Shown here piece after piece: positions 34,954-44,420 of a DNA stretch of 44,420 nt (positions within the stretch are counted from its first letter, which is position 1; the number at the start of each line of letters is the position of its first letter). A program made the translations under genes and the position numbers. The notes beneath the pieces are model-generated. The model saw nothing but the letters and a program-made list of their open reading frames with translations, was not told the origin of the DNA and searched no databases. Origin of the DNA: Puniceicoccales bacterium (GTDB lineage Bacteria; Verrucomicrobiota; Verrucomicrobiia; Opitutales; JAIRKQ01); contig JAISRG010000066.1 of NCBI GenBank assembly GCA_031273725.1, positions 1-44,420 of the forward strand, read 5' to 3'.

Positions 34954-37900
34954 TTAAAAGTTTTCCGTATCCAACAATCGATCATCTTCCAGCTTAATAT
35001 CCAGACATAACCCCTGCATCTCTTTTACGAGAACATTAAACGACTGGGGAATTCCCGCATCCAAAGATGTATCACCCTTGACTATCGACTCATAGATCTT
35101 TGTCCTTCCCTGGGAGTCATCGGACTTAACGGTCAATAATTCCTGCAACGAATAAGCCGCACCATAGGCCTCCAGTGCCCAAACTTCCATTTCTCCAAGC
35201 CGCTGCCCACCATATTGCGCACGCCCTCCCAATGGTTGCTGCGTTATCAGGCTGTATGGACCAACGGCACGGGCGTGGACTTTGTCGGCGACGAGGTGGT
35301 TCAGCTTCATCATATAAATGTAACCAACCATCACCTTCTGGTCAAACTTTCTGCCCGTGTAACCATCGAACAAGTCGACCTTTCCTCCCTCCGGCAAGCC
35401 TGCCTGTTTATACAACTCTCGCATTTTGTTTTCCCTAACACCGTCGAACACGGGAGTCGAAACCTTTATGCCAAGTTTTTTACACACCAGGCCCAGGTGG
35501 GTTTCCAAAACCTGCCCAACATTCATACGACTTGGGACACCAAGGGGATTTAATATGATGTCGATGGGGGTCCCATCTGCCAAAAATGGCATATCTTCCG
35601 GCTTAACAATCTTTGAAACGACACCCTTGTTTCCGTGGCGGCCAGCCATTTTATCGCCAACCTGTATCTTGCGCTTGTTTGCAATGAACACCTTGACGTT
35701 TTTAATAATGCCACTGTCATCGATGTTTCCAGATTCAATGGCTGCAATTTTATGAAGCCTCTCCTCTTCCAGGTCATCAAATTTCGCCTGGTATACATTG
35801 ATGATTTCCACGATCTTGGTCCTCACCGGGGATGAGGCCATTTCAATATTTTTTCCACAGGCTGACAGCCTACGCAACAATGTTTTTGTAATTTTCCTGT
35901 TGGCCGGCAAAATTACTTCCCCGGAAGTATTGTCGATGATGTCCAATGGAATTTTTTCTCCCAACAGAATGCTTGAAAATGCTTCCGTTAGATCATCCCG
36001 GATTATGTCCGCCTGGGTACGAAATTCTTCATTGGTCTTTTTAATCCTACGTTTGCATTCTATTTCGGAGATATCTTCCCGTTCATTATCCGTTCTGCTG
36101 GAAATTTTTACATCCATAATGGTTCCATAGCATCCGGCCGGTGCCAGCAACGACGAATCTTTGACATCGGCTGCTTTTTCACCAAAAATAGCACGCAGCA
36201 ATTTTTCTTCCGGCGCCAAATCCGTCTCCGTTTTTGGTGTGATTTTTCCAACCAAAATGTCTCCCGGTTTTACTTCGGCTCCAATCTTAATAATGCCATT
36301 TCTGCTCAAATTTTTCAGCGCTTCATCCCCAACATTTGGGATATCTCTTGTAATTTCTTCGGGACCAAGCTTTGTATCGCGGGCGGACACTTCATACTTT
36401 TCTATGTGGATTGACGTAAAAACATCATCCCGAATCATACGCTCGTTTAAAATTACCGCATCTTCGAAATTATACCCATTCCATGGCATAAACGCCACAA
36501 GAACATTTTTCCCCAGGGCCAATTCCCCGTTATCGGTCGCCGCCCCATCTGCCAAAATATCGCCCACTTGTACCTTTTGATACTTATTTACCACTGGCTT
36601 TTGGTTAAAACATGTGGAGGCATTCGATTTCCAATATTTATGCAAATGATAAATTTGAATGTCGCTACCGTTAGCACTGGTAGATTCACTGAAATTATCC
36701 GGCAACTGTCCATCGCTGGTTACAATGATCCGAGCTCCATCGGCGGAGGCAACAATACCATCGGATTTTGACAGGATCACATGGCCGGAATCACACGCTA
36801 GTTTTTTCTCAATTCCAGTGCCGACGAAAGGTGCTTCCGTTATCAACAATGGCACTCCCTGGCGTTGCATGTTAGCTCCCATGAGGGCACGGCTAGTATC
36901 GTCATGCTCAAGAAATGGAATCAACCCGGCAGCAATGGAAATTACCTGTTTCGGGGAAACATCCATCAGATCGACCTCCTCCGGGTCAACCTCTAAAATT
37001 TCACTCGATTTCCTTACGGTAATTTTTCCAGTCAAATTGCCATTTTCATCGATGGTTGAATTTGCCTGGGCAATCAATTTATTCTCTTCCTTATCAGCCG
37101 ACAGATAAACAACATCGGATGTAACGTAACTATTTTTCACCACACGATAGGGGGTTTCAATGAACCCAAAATCATTTATGCGCGCATAGGTGCTCAATGA
37201 ATTGATTAATCCAATGTTCGGGCCTTCCGGTGTCTCAATTGGACAAATTCTGCCGTAGTGTGATGCGTGAACATCCCTAACATCCATACCAGCACGGTCA
37301 CGATTTAAACCACTCGGCCCCAGAGCAGACAATCTTCTCTTGTGGGTGAGTTCAGATAATGGATTTATCTGATCCATAAACTGGGACAATTGACTGCGTG
37401 CGAAAAAGTCTCTGATGACGGACATTAGCATTTTCCCGTTTATCAATTTTTGCGATGAAAGTATATCAACGCTCTGGTTCAGCAGTGACATTTTTTCACG
37501 TATCACCCTTTCCATGCGAGCGAATCCAATGCGGCATTGGTTTACCAAAAGCTCTCCGACTCCACGAATTCTCCTGCTCCCCAAGCTATCAATGTCATCC
37601 ATGAAACCGCCTGTGCCAGATCGGAGCATACACAGGTACTTCGTTGCCGCAACGATGTCATCTACCCCAACCAGGGTGTCGTTCAAATCTTTATTTAATC
37701 CCAATTTGCTATTAATTTTATATCTGCCAATTTTACTAAGATCATAGCGTTTACTATCCATAAAACTGCGAACAAAAAATGCTTTCGCATTTTGTGAATT
37801 CAGCGGTTCTCCGGGCCTAAAATGCCTATAAATTTCATAGAGTGCCTCTTCTTCGTTATGCGTCGTATCCTTCTTTAGGCTACGAATTATGAGCCCGCCA

Positions 37901-38739
37901 TCTTCCGAAACATTTACAACCGATACGGTGGTAATACCTGCTTCGATGAAACTTTTGAGCATGCCCCTACCAAGAGGTTCATAGGCTCGTGCCAAAACGA
38001 TACCGTGATCTATGTCTATCACATCATCCGTCAAAACAATATCGACCAGAGATTCCTCCATGATTAATTCACTGACTCTGGCTTCTTGCAATTTATAAAA
38101 TATCGACAGTATTTCCCGGTCTGAACTATGGCCAAAGGCACGTAACAAAGTCGTTAGAAGGAAACGGCGACGCCGGCGACGCCTATCCAAATATACGTAC
38201 AGGAGGTCATTTTGATCGTTTTGTACCTCTATCCAGGTGCCGCGGTCAGGCATTATGCGGAATGCATGCAATAACTTTCCAGTCACGTGAGTAGTAACCT
38301 CGAAACAGATGCCAGGGGATCGATGCAGCTGACTGACAACCACACGCTCTATCCCACTAATAACAAATGATCCGCGTTCGCTCATGATCGGGATCTCGCC
38401 CAGATAAATCTCTTCTTCCCTCGAATCATCTCCATTGGAAAGCTTCAGCTGCAAAAATAATGGAGCGGCATAGGTTCGACTTTCCTTAATGCAGAAATCC
38501 TCCGAATACTTGGCCGGAGCAACCCTATATGACAAATAATTCAACGAAACTGTCCCATCGTAGCTTTCAATGGGAAACGTTCGTCGTAAAACTGCTTCCA
38601 GTCCGATATCTTGTCGATTCTGCACATCCACATCAGCCTGTAAGAATTCTTTAAATGAACCTATCTGCGCTTCTATGAGATAGGGCGGAGTTATTATTTC
38701 TTTTAGGCTTCCGAAATTAACACGATTTTTGTCCGTCAT
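34954..38739 (-). CDS. rpoB: DNA-directed RNA polymerase subunit beta
   Basis: Conserved blocks such as ...SQLSQFMDQINPLSELTHKRRLSALGP... and ...GRHGNKGVVSKI... . 1261 aa. Confidence 0.97.
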   Translation of the reverse strand: MTDKNRVNFGSLKEIITPPYLIEAQIGSFKEFLQADVDVQNRQDIGLEAVLRRTFPIESYDGTVSLNYLSYRVAPAKYSEDFCIKESRTYAAPLFLQLKLSNGDDSREEEIYLGEIPIMSERGSFVISGIERVVVSQLHRSPGICFEVTTHVTGKLLHAFRIMPDRGTWIEVQNDQNDLLYVYLDRRRRRRRFLLTTLLRAFGHSSDREILSIFYKLQEARVSELIMEESLVDIVLTDDVIDIDHGIVLARAYEPLGRGMLKSFIEAGITTVSVVNVSEDGGLIIRSLKKDTTHNEEEALYEIYRHFRPGEPLNSQNAKAFFVRSFMDSKRYDLSKIGRYKINSKLGLNKDLNDTLVGVDDIVAATKYLCMLRSGTGGFMDDIDSLGSRRIRGVGELLVNQCRIGFARMERVIREKMSLLNQSVDILSSQKLINGKMLMSVIRDFFARSQLSQFMDQINPLSELTHKRRLSALGPSGLNRDRAGMDVRDVHASHYGRICPIETPEGPNIGLINSLSTYARINDFGFIETPYRVVKNSYVTSDVVYLSADKEENKLIAQANSTIDENGNLTGKITVRKSSEILEVDPEEVDLMDVSPKQVISIAAGLIPFLEHDDTSRALMGANMQRQGVPLLITEAPFVGTGIEKKLACDSGHVILSKSDGIVASADGARIIVTSDGQLPDNFSESTSANGSDIQIYHLHKYWKSNASTCFNQKPVVNKYQKVQVGDILADGAATDNGELALGKNVLVAFMPWNGYNFEDAVILNERMIRDDVFTSIHIEKYEVSARDTKLGPEEITRDIPNVGDEALKNLSRNGIIKIGAEVKPGDILVGKITPKTETDLAPEEKLLRAIFGEKAADVKDSSLLAPAGCYGTIMDVKISSRTDNEREDISEIECKRRIKKTNEEFRTQADIIRDDLTEAFSSILLGEKIPLDIIDNTSGEVILPANRKITKTLLRRLSACGKNIEMASSPVRTKIVEIINVYQAKFDDLEEERLHKIAAIESGNIDDSGIIKNVKVFIANKRKIQVGDKMAGRHGNKGVVSKIVKPEDMPFLADGTPIDIILNPLGVPSRMNVGQVLETHLGLVCKKLGIKVSTPVFDGVRENKMRELYKQAGLPEGGKVDLFDGYTGRKFDQKVMVGYIYMMKLNHLVADKVHARAVGPYSLITQQPLGGRAQYGGQRLGEMEVWALEAYGAAYSLQELLTVKSDDSQGRTKIYESIVKGDTSLDAGIPQSFNVLVKEMQGLCLDIKLEDDRLLDTENF

Positions 38740-38873
38740 AGGATATTTAATATTTTAAATTACTCAAACACAGCCACATTTCATTGCATTTGTACCGGAT
38801 GTAACAAAAGGAGGCCACGGATTTTCTAAACTAGGGATTGCATGATTTGAAATAATCCCAGCGATGAAAAAAC

Positions 38874-39260
38874 TTATTTCAGCTCCACTGTCGCTCCGGC
38901 AGCCTCTAACTTTTTCTTTATTTCTTCCGCTTCGGTCTTTGAAACGGCTTCCTTTACGGTCTTCGGGGCTCCTTCCACAAAATCTTTAGCCTCTTTTAAT
39001 CCCAGTCCTGTAACTTCGCGGACAACTTTAATGACCTCAATTTTTTTGTCGCCCATTGCTTTCAGAACAACATCAAAATCGGTTTTCTCTTCCGCCACAG
39101 GTGAATCCGCTACTGCCGTTGCTGCAACTGCCGCCGCCGCTACCGGTGCTGCCGCGCTGACCCCCCACTTGGCTTCTAGATCCTTAACCAAGGAAGCTAT
39201 TTCCAATACCGACTGTTCACTCAACCAGTCTATTACCTGTTCTTTTGTTATATTTGCCAT
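38874..39260 (-). CDS. rplL: 50S ribosomal protein L7/L12
   Basis: Ala-rich hinge ([16 protein letters not shown]) and C-terminal ...[39 protein letters not shown]. Confidence 0.95.
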   Translation of the reverse strand: MANITKEQVIDWLSEQSVLEIASLVKDLEAKWGVSAAAPVAAAAVAATAVADSPVAEEKTDFDVVLKAMGDKKIEVIKVVREVTGLGLKEAKDFVEGAPKTVKEAVSKTEAEEIKKKLEAAGATVELK

Positions 39261-39350
39261 TTTTACCCTTTCGAAACTCCGCTAGCGACATTATCAAATA
39301 CCATTTAAGAAACACTTTTCCTAGCAAAATTTCATTTTTTGAAAATTCTA

Positions 39351-39863
39351 TTATAACCTCGCCTTGGCTTGTAATACATTCAACATTCCCTGTGGAACGG
39401 CATTCATCGTCCGTACCAACTTCGTTGCTGGAGTATTTAGCAGTGCCAAAAATTGTGCACGCAGAATATCCATTCCTGGAAGCTCCGACAACATATTTAC
39501 GTCTTGCTCACTAAGCAATTTGCTATCCAGCAAACCACCTCGCATTGCCAACTTTTCTCCTTTACTATTTTTATGAAATTCCTTCAGCAATTTCGCTATT
39601 CCGGAGGGATTTTTCCCTCCAACGACGAGGGCTATTTGTCCTTCGAAACCACCTTCCGGCATAGGCAATGACTTCACTTCAGTTGCCTTTTTAAGCAAAG
39701 ACTTTTTTACAACATGAAATTCTCCATTCTCCGGACGTAATTTTTGGCGTAAATTGGCCACATCAGAAACTGTTACACCGCGGAAATCCGTAAAAAATAC
39801 ATAGCTCGACTTGTCGAGATGCTTCTCTATCTCTTTCACCAAAAGCTTTTTTTCGTTTCTCAT
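39351..39863 (-). CDS. rplJ: 50S ribosomal protein L10
   Basis: L10-like sequence between rplA and rplL. The track start at 39890 is a TTG that overlaps the rplA stop, so I prefer the ATG at 39863 (MRNEKKLLVKEI...). Confidence 0.88.
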   Translation of the reverse strand: MRNEKKLLVKEIEKHLDKSSYVFFTDFRGVTVSDVANLRQKLRPENGEFHVVKKSLLKKATEVKSLPMPEGGFEGQIALVVGGKNPSGIAKLLKEFHKNSKGEKLAMRGGLLDSKLLSEQDVNMLSELPGMDILRAQFLALLNTPATKLVRTMNAVPQGMLNVLQAKARL

Positions 39864-39876
39864 TTCCGTTTTTCCA

Positions 39877-40569
39877 TTAAAACTTTCCAAATATCTTCTG
39901 TGACAACCTAATGCCCGGTGTCATGGTGCCCGCAATTGTCATCGATTCCACAAATTTGCCGCGAAATTCCGCCGGGCGCATCTTAGACAAAACATCTATG
40001 GCCACATCGCAATTTTCGGCCAAATTTTGCAAATTAAATGACCGTTTCCCCACCACAATTGATAGGTTGGCGGTCTTGTCCATCTTAAACTCTACCCGTC
40101 CCGCTTTTACCGCTTGAATCGCAGCAGGCAAGTCATCGGAAACGGTACCGGTTTTAGGGTTAGGCATCAGACCCCTCGGGCCCAAAATCCTAGCAGCTGA
40201 ACGGACCTCTTTCATGGCCGATGTAGTTGCCACGGCAACATCAAAATCCAACCAACCATCGTTGATCTTTTGCAAAACATCGTGCAATCCTGCTTCATCG
40301 GCACCTGCCGCCAATGCACCTGCCGGATCATCGGTAAATGCTAATACTTTTACCCTCCGGCCACTACCATGCGGCAGTGAAACAGTCCCACGAACCATTT
40401 GATCACTTTGCTTCGGATCTACCCCCAAATGGACCGAAAGAACAACGGTTTCATCAAACTTGGTTTTGGGCATTTTACCTAGCAGTTCAACGGCTTCTAA
40501 CACGGAATATTCATTCCGTAGGTCAGCAACCTCCTGCGCTTTGGTATGTCGTTTGCTTGATTTTTTCAT
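39877..40569 (-). CDS. rplA: 50S ribosomal protein L1
   Basis: Typical L1 sequence (...DETVVLSVHLGVDPKQSDQMVRGTVSLPHGSG...). 230 aa. Confidence 0.95.
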   Translation of the reverse strand: MKKSSKRHTKAQEVADLRNEYSVLEAVELLGKMPKTKFDETVVLSVHLGVDPKQSDQMVRGTVSLPHGSGRRVKVLAFTDDPAGALAAGADEAGLHDVLQKINDGWLDFDVAVATTSAMKEVRSAARILGPRGLMPNPKTGTVSDDLPAAIQAVKAGRVEFKMDKTANLSIVVGKRSFNLQNLAENCDVAIDVLSKMRPAEFRGKFVESMTIAGTMTPGIRLSQKIFGKF

Positions 40570-40576
40570 AAATTTA

Positions 40577-41002
40577 CTACTTGGTGACTTCGATTCCCAT
40601 GCTCCTTGCCGTTCCTTCGATTATTTTAGCAGCCTGTTCGATCGAATTGGCATTCAAATCTTCTTTTTTAATGTTAGCAATTTCCGTAACTTGGGCCATT
40701 GTAACTTTTCCAACTTTGTCGCGATTTGGAACTCCGGACGCCTTTTCTATGCCAGCCGCTTTTTTAAGCAAGACTGCAGCTGGAGGAGATTTAAGAATAA
40801 AACTAAATGTTTTGTCTGCGTAAACCGATATGACCACCGGCAAAATCATGCCATTTTGATCCTTCGTTTTAGCATTAAATTCTTTGCAAAAGCCCATAAT
40901 ATTTATGCCAGCCGCTCCCAGGGCTGGACCAACCGGAGGTGCAGGATTTGCAGCACCGGCGGGCAATTGCAACTTTATCTCTTTGACAACTTTTTTTGCC
41001 AT
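40577..41002 (-). CDS. rplK: 50S ribosomal protein L11
   Basis: [41 protein letters not shown]... is canonical L11. Confidence 0.95.
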   Translation of the reverse strand: MAKKVVKEIKLQLPAGAANPAPPVGPALGAAGINIMGFCKEFNAKTKDQNGMILPVVISVYADKTFSFILKSPPAAVLLKKAAGIEKASGVPNRDKVGKVTMAQVTEIANIKKEDLNANSIEQAAKIIEGTARSMGIEVTK

Positions 41003-41020
41003 TTTTTATTCCTTAAAATT

Positions 41021-41632
41021 CTAATTCTCTCCATCAACGCATCGCCTAACCTGCCAAAATTCTAAATCGACGGGGGTCGAACGGCCAAACATGGAAACAT
41101 TTACACGTAACCGACCCTGTTCCGTATCAATATCTTCTATCGTTCCTGTCAAGTTTAAAAATGGACCATCGCTAATTTTTACGGTTTCACCTGGATCATA
41201 GGCCACCTTTGGAACATTTTTCCCGCTAACGGCTTCCACTTTTGCCAAAATGTCGTCAATTTCATTCTGTTTCAGTTCGACGGGATCCCGATCGCCAACG
41301 AATCGAACAACCCCCGTAACATTTTTTATGAGAGAAAAGGGTTTTTCGAGAAATTTACCGTCGGCGTCGTACATTTTCATTTTGATAAAAACATAACCCG
41401 GGTAAAACTTTCTTGCACGGGAATATTTTTTACCATTTTTTACCTCCACAACTTTTTCCATTGGGACTAGTACTTCCTGGATGATATCTCCAAAATCATG
41501 CTCTTTTTCGAGAACATGAATTGCATCTTTCACCTTACTTTCCTGATTTGACAATGTTTGTAAGACAAGCCACTTTGGCAGCAACATCTTTTCATCAAAC
41601 ACATCCTCAAGCTCTAATGTTTCGTCATCCAT
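41021..41632 (-). CDS. nusG: Transcription termination/antitermination factor NusG (with about 15-aa acidic N-terminal extension if the start at 41632 is used)
   Basis: NGN domain (KWLVLQTLSNQESKVKDAI) plus a C-terminal KOW (GETVKISDGPFLNLTGTIEDID). The start lies 1 nt from the secE stop; an alternative ATG is at 41587. Confidence 0.92.
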   Translation of the reverse strand: MDDETLELEDVFDEKMLLPKWLVLQTLSNQESKVKDAIHVLEKEHDFGDIIQEVLVPMEKVVEVKNGKKYSRARKFYPGYVFIKMKMYDADGKFLEKPFSLIKNVTGVVRFVGDRDPVELKQNEIDDILAKVEAVSGKNVPKVAYDPGETVKISDGPFLNLTGTIEDIDTEQGRLRVNVSMFGRSTPVDLEFWQVRRCVDGEN

Positions 41633-41633
41633 T

Positions 41634-41831
41634 TTAACCCCTAACGCATTTGATTATAAAATCCACAACATTGAACAGTGAAAAATCTATTATGCTTACG
41701 TAAAAACTAATCAAAAGCATACCTGCTATAACAACAATGGTGGATTTCCCCAATTCCTTTTTCGTGGGCCAAGTTGCCTTCTTGAGCTCGCCCAACGTTT
41801 CAGAAAAAAAATGCTTAATCTTTCCTAGCAT
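41634..41831 (-). CDS. secE: Preprotein translocase subunit SecE
   Basis: 65-aa single-TM protein (...ETLGELKKATWPTKKEL.KST.VVI...) in the conserved tRNA-Trp-secE-nusG position. Confidence 0.85.
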   Translation of the reverse strand: MLGKIKHFFSETLGELKKATWPTKKELGKSTIVVIAGMLLISFYVSIIDFSLFNVVDFIIKCVRG

Positions 41832-41854
41832 ATACTATTTTCTCATAAAAATCA

Positions 41855-41930
<76 letters not shown>

Positions 41931-42012
41931 TTGATTTCAAAAAATTAATCAACCGTACGCCACATTTCTTTTCTCGAGCAAAAATGTGATATATAGTTTC
42001 CCCAAAACATTG

Positions 42013-43203
42013 TCAATCCACTATTTCTGTGATACGTCCTGCCCCTATCGTGCGACCTCCTTCGCGGATAGCAAAGCGTTGTCCCTTTTCCATGGCAATC
42101 GCTTCTTGCAGAGTCAAACCTATGCTCAAGTTGTCTCCCGGCGATGCAAATGTCCTGTCTTCCGGTAAATGAATAACTCCGGTAATATCAGCCGTCCTGA
42201 AGTAGAATTGCGGACGATATTTTTGGCCAAATGCCTTACTACGACCCCCCTCGGCCTCTGTCAAAACATATATTTCGGCCTTGGCTTTTGTATGAGGACG
42301 GATCGAGCCGACCTTTGCCAATACCTGGCCACGTTCGACTTCCTCCCTATCGATTCCGCGCAGTAGTATTCCAACATTGTCACCGGCTTTTCCATTATCT
42401 AATAGTTTGCGAAACATTTCAATTCCCGTACACGTGGTCTTTACCGTATCACGCAATCCAACGATTTCAACTTCATCTCCAATTCTGATGGTTCCGCGCT
42501 CAATACGACCGGTTGCAACGGTTCCTCTACCCGTAATTGAGAAGACGTCTTCAATATACATTAAAAATGGCATGTCTTCATTTCTCACTGGTTCTGGAAT
42601 ATTTTCATCGATCGCATTCATCAATTCACCAATGGTGTCGACCCATTCCGATTTCCCTTCCAGTGCTCCCAAAGCAGATCCCCGAATAATTGGGACCTTA
42701 TCTCCAGGATATCCATATTTATTTAAAAGCCCACGGATTTCCTCTTCGACTAGTTCGATCAACTCTGGATCATTAAAAATGTCAACTTTATTTAAAAACA
42801 CAACTAGGTTAGGTATCCCTACTTGGTGAGCGAGCAGTATGTGTTCCCGGGTCTGAGGCATGGGACCATCGCAGGCACTAACAACCAAAATTGCACCATC
42901 CATTTGGGCTGCCCCGGTAATCATATTCTTAATAAAATCAGCATGACCTGGACAGTCAATGTGGGAATAATGGCGAAGTTCTGTTTGATACTCAACGTGC
43001 GATAGGGCAATCGTAACAGTTTTAGTTTCATCACGAAATGTCCCGCCCTTTGTAACAGCGGCATAGGACTTGAATTCAGCCAACCCTTTGCCTGATTGCA
43101 CTTTTAGTATGGCCGCTGTCAGCGTTGATTTTCCATGGTCAACGTGTCCGATAGTTCCAATATTTACATTCGGTTTATTTCGTTCGAAGGTTTCTTTTGC
43201 CAT
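42013..43203 (-). CDS. tuf: Elongation factor Tu
   Basis: G motifs [18 protein letters not shown] and NKVD. 396 aa. Confidence 0.97.
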   Translation of the reverse strand: MAKETFERNKPNVNIGTIGHVDHGKSTLTAAILKVQSGKGLAEFKSYAAVTKGGTFRDETKTVTIALSHVEYQTELRHYSHIDCPGHADFIKNMITGAAQMDGAILVVSACDGPMPQTREHILLAHQVGIPNLVVFLNKVDIFNDPELIELVEEEIRGLLNKYGYPGDKVPIIRGSALGALEGKSEWVDTIGELMNAIDENIPEPVRNEDMPFLMYIEDVFSITGRGTVATGRIERGTIRIGDEVEIVGLRDTVKTTCTGIEMFRKLLDNGKAGDNVGILLRGIDREEVERGQVLAKVGSIRPHTKAKAEIYVLTEAEGGRSKAFGQKYRPQFYFRTADITGVIHLPEDRTFASPGDNLSIGLTLQEAIAMEKGQRFAIREGGRTIGAGRITEIVD

Positions 43204-43245
43204 TTCGTTTCCTTTTTTTACATATAAAAATTAAATTTTAAACTC

Positions 43246-43321
<76 letters not shown>

Positions 43322-43581
43322 ACCCGCCATTGACAACGCCACGACAGCGTGCACGTTCCCCAAGACCAATTATCCGCAATTTGCAAGGTCACACACAAAC
43401 GTCAATATTTATTTTTACCGTTTGATAATTTTCCGATTTAACATAGTCATTAATGCCAATCATCCGCTCTAGCTTGAAAAAGTATTGTGCTCCGAATTAC
43501 TACCGAGACAAATTATTATTATGAACAATGCCGTATCTAAATATTGGACCTACTTCCGTCCGGGGCAGCATAGAAATTTCA

Positions 43582-43609
43582 TTGACATTTTTTCTAAACA
43601 ACATACCAT
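43582..43609 (+). promoter_or_regulatory. Sigma70-like promoter of the right-edge orphan
   Basis: TTGACA (43582..43587), 16-nt spacer, TACCAT (43604..43609). The ATG at 43620 follows 10 nt later with no SD. Confidence 0.45.
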
Positions 43610-43619
43610 CTAACGCACA

Positions 43620-44420
43620 ATGTCAGAAATTGAATTAGGAAGTCCAGGTTCTTCGCCTGAAGTTACGCCGTCGCTGCAGTCGAATGTTAATGGCAGCCCC
43701 ACCGCGCAAGACCCATCGCCACGTACAGTTCCCCAAATGTCTGGAACAAGACTAAATGAACGTGATGCAGCTACGACTATTGATAACCAGGACACTTCTT
43801 CTGTTGACGCACAAAAAGCACTTAAAAGTTTGCTGAATGAGAAGGGGAAAGAGAAAATTTCGAGTTTTAGAGCTTTTTGGGAAGCTTTAAAACAGTTGAT
43901 GTCTAAAGGCGGTTGGAACTTTGGGCAGGCGAAACTTAATCTAGTTGTAAAAAATCATATGCTTCAATATCCATCTTGCATGAAGCAATGGGCTGCAGAA
44001 ATCGTTTCGATGATTGAAATCTTAGAGCCGTCCGCTGTTAAGGCATACATCAATGCATTGAGCCAAATACCAAAAAAATCTGGGGAAAATAATCCAGATG
44101 AAGTGTTAGAGCAGCTAAAAGATGGTATTCTCGCCAGGATGTCAAGTGGAATAAAAAGTAACAATATTAAATGCCTCATAGACAATGCTCACCATGTCAT
44201 ACATTCGTCGCCAGGCTCAATAACTGATGATAGCAATAGGACTTTAATACCCGATGGTAATAGGACTTTATGTCAAAGTATCGACATTCTTAGGAAGCAT
44301 GAAATTGACTTTATGCGCTTAATTCCAGACAAGACTATCACTGGAAAAGTTTTCGATTTCATAGGACAGTTGTATTTTCGAGGTCAATATAAAGAGATTA
44401 GCTACCTCCCAAGCACAACA
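43620..44420 (+). CDS. Orphan protein, N-terminal 267 codons (continues beyond the right edge); effector-like
   Basis: I read the frame codon by codon from the ATG at 43620 to 44420 and found no stop. It is not in the ORF track because it is open-ended. The N-terminal ~65 aa are S/T/P-rich (MSEIELGSPGSSPEVTPSLQSNVNGSPTAQDPSPR...), and the helical remainder has no recognisable family. Confidence 0.7.
   Translation, partial: MSEIELGSPGSSPEVTPSLQSNVNGSPTAQDPSPRTVPQMSGTRLNERDAATTIDNQDTSSVDAQKALKSLLNEKGKEKISSFRAFWEALKQLMSKGGWNFGQAKLNLVVKNHMLQYPSCMKQWAAEIVSMIEILEPSAVKAYINALSQIPKKSGENNPDEVLEQLKDGILARMSSGIKSNNIKCLIDNAHHVIHSSPGSITDDSNRTLIPDGNRTLCQSIDILRKHEIDFMRLIPDKTITGKVFDFIGQLYFRGQYKEISYLPSTT

Noticed and set aside
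30874-38739. Numerous 60-160-aa ORFs antisense or out of frame within rpoC and rpoB
   Set aside because: These are typical shadow ORFs of very long, highly conserved genes, and none has start signals or recognisable motifs.
39864-39890. The TTG start at 39890 for rplJ (track ORF 39351..39890)
   Set aside because: It would overlap the rplA stop by 14 nt and add 9 non-conserved residues. The ATG at 39863 gives a canonical L10 N-terminus, though the longer form cannot be excluded.

Overview
AT-rich bacterial chromosomal window made mostly of conserved housekeeping genes. Left half, mainly + strand: glmS, a secreted TPR-like protein, uppP, rpmB, serS, proS, rplU-rpmA, fbaB, yidC-yebC. Middle: ispH, a PilM/PilN-fusion plus PilO-like gene pair, a CaCA cation exchanger, sufC-sufB, and a fused LpxL-type acyltransferase / GT9 glycosyltransferase. 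Right half, - strand: the classical tRNA-Thr-tuf-tRNA-Trp-secE-nusG-rplK-rplA-rplJ-rplL-rpoB-rpoC block. There are five tRNAs and no rRNA, CRISPR array, prophage, or recognisable defence or toxin-antitoxin module. Three kinds of non-core material sit between the core genes. (i) Six lineage-specific orphan ORFs, including two large ORFs that run off the window edges and are therefore missing from the ORF track (1..2104 on -, 43620..44420 on +). (ii) Debris of two IS families: three IS630-like 3' ends, and IS982-like termini that include a 184-bp miniature element. (iii) Two truncated BatA-like ORFs. The gene content and decay pattern suggest a host-associated bacterium with a reduced genome, possibly in the PVC superphylum; this is inference only. 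I do not see a clear-cut novel multi-gene system. The best leads are the repeat-built and hairpin-membrane orphan proteins that share one promoter architecture, the orphan PilMN + PilO-like pair, and the LpxL-GT9 fusion.
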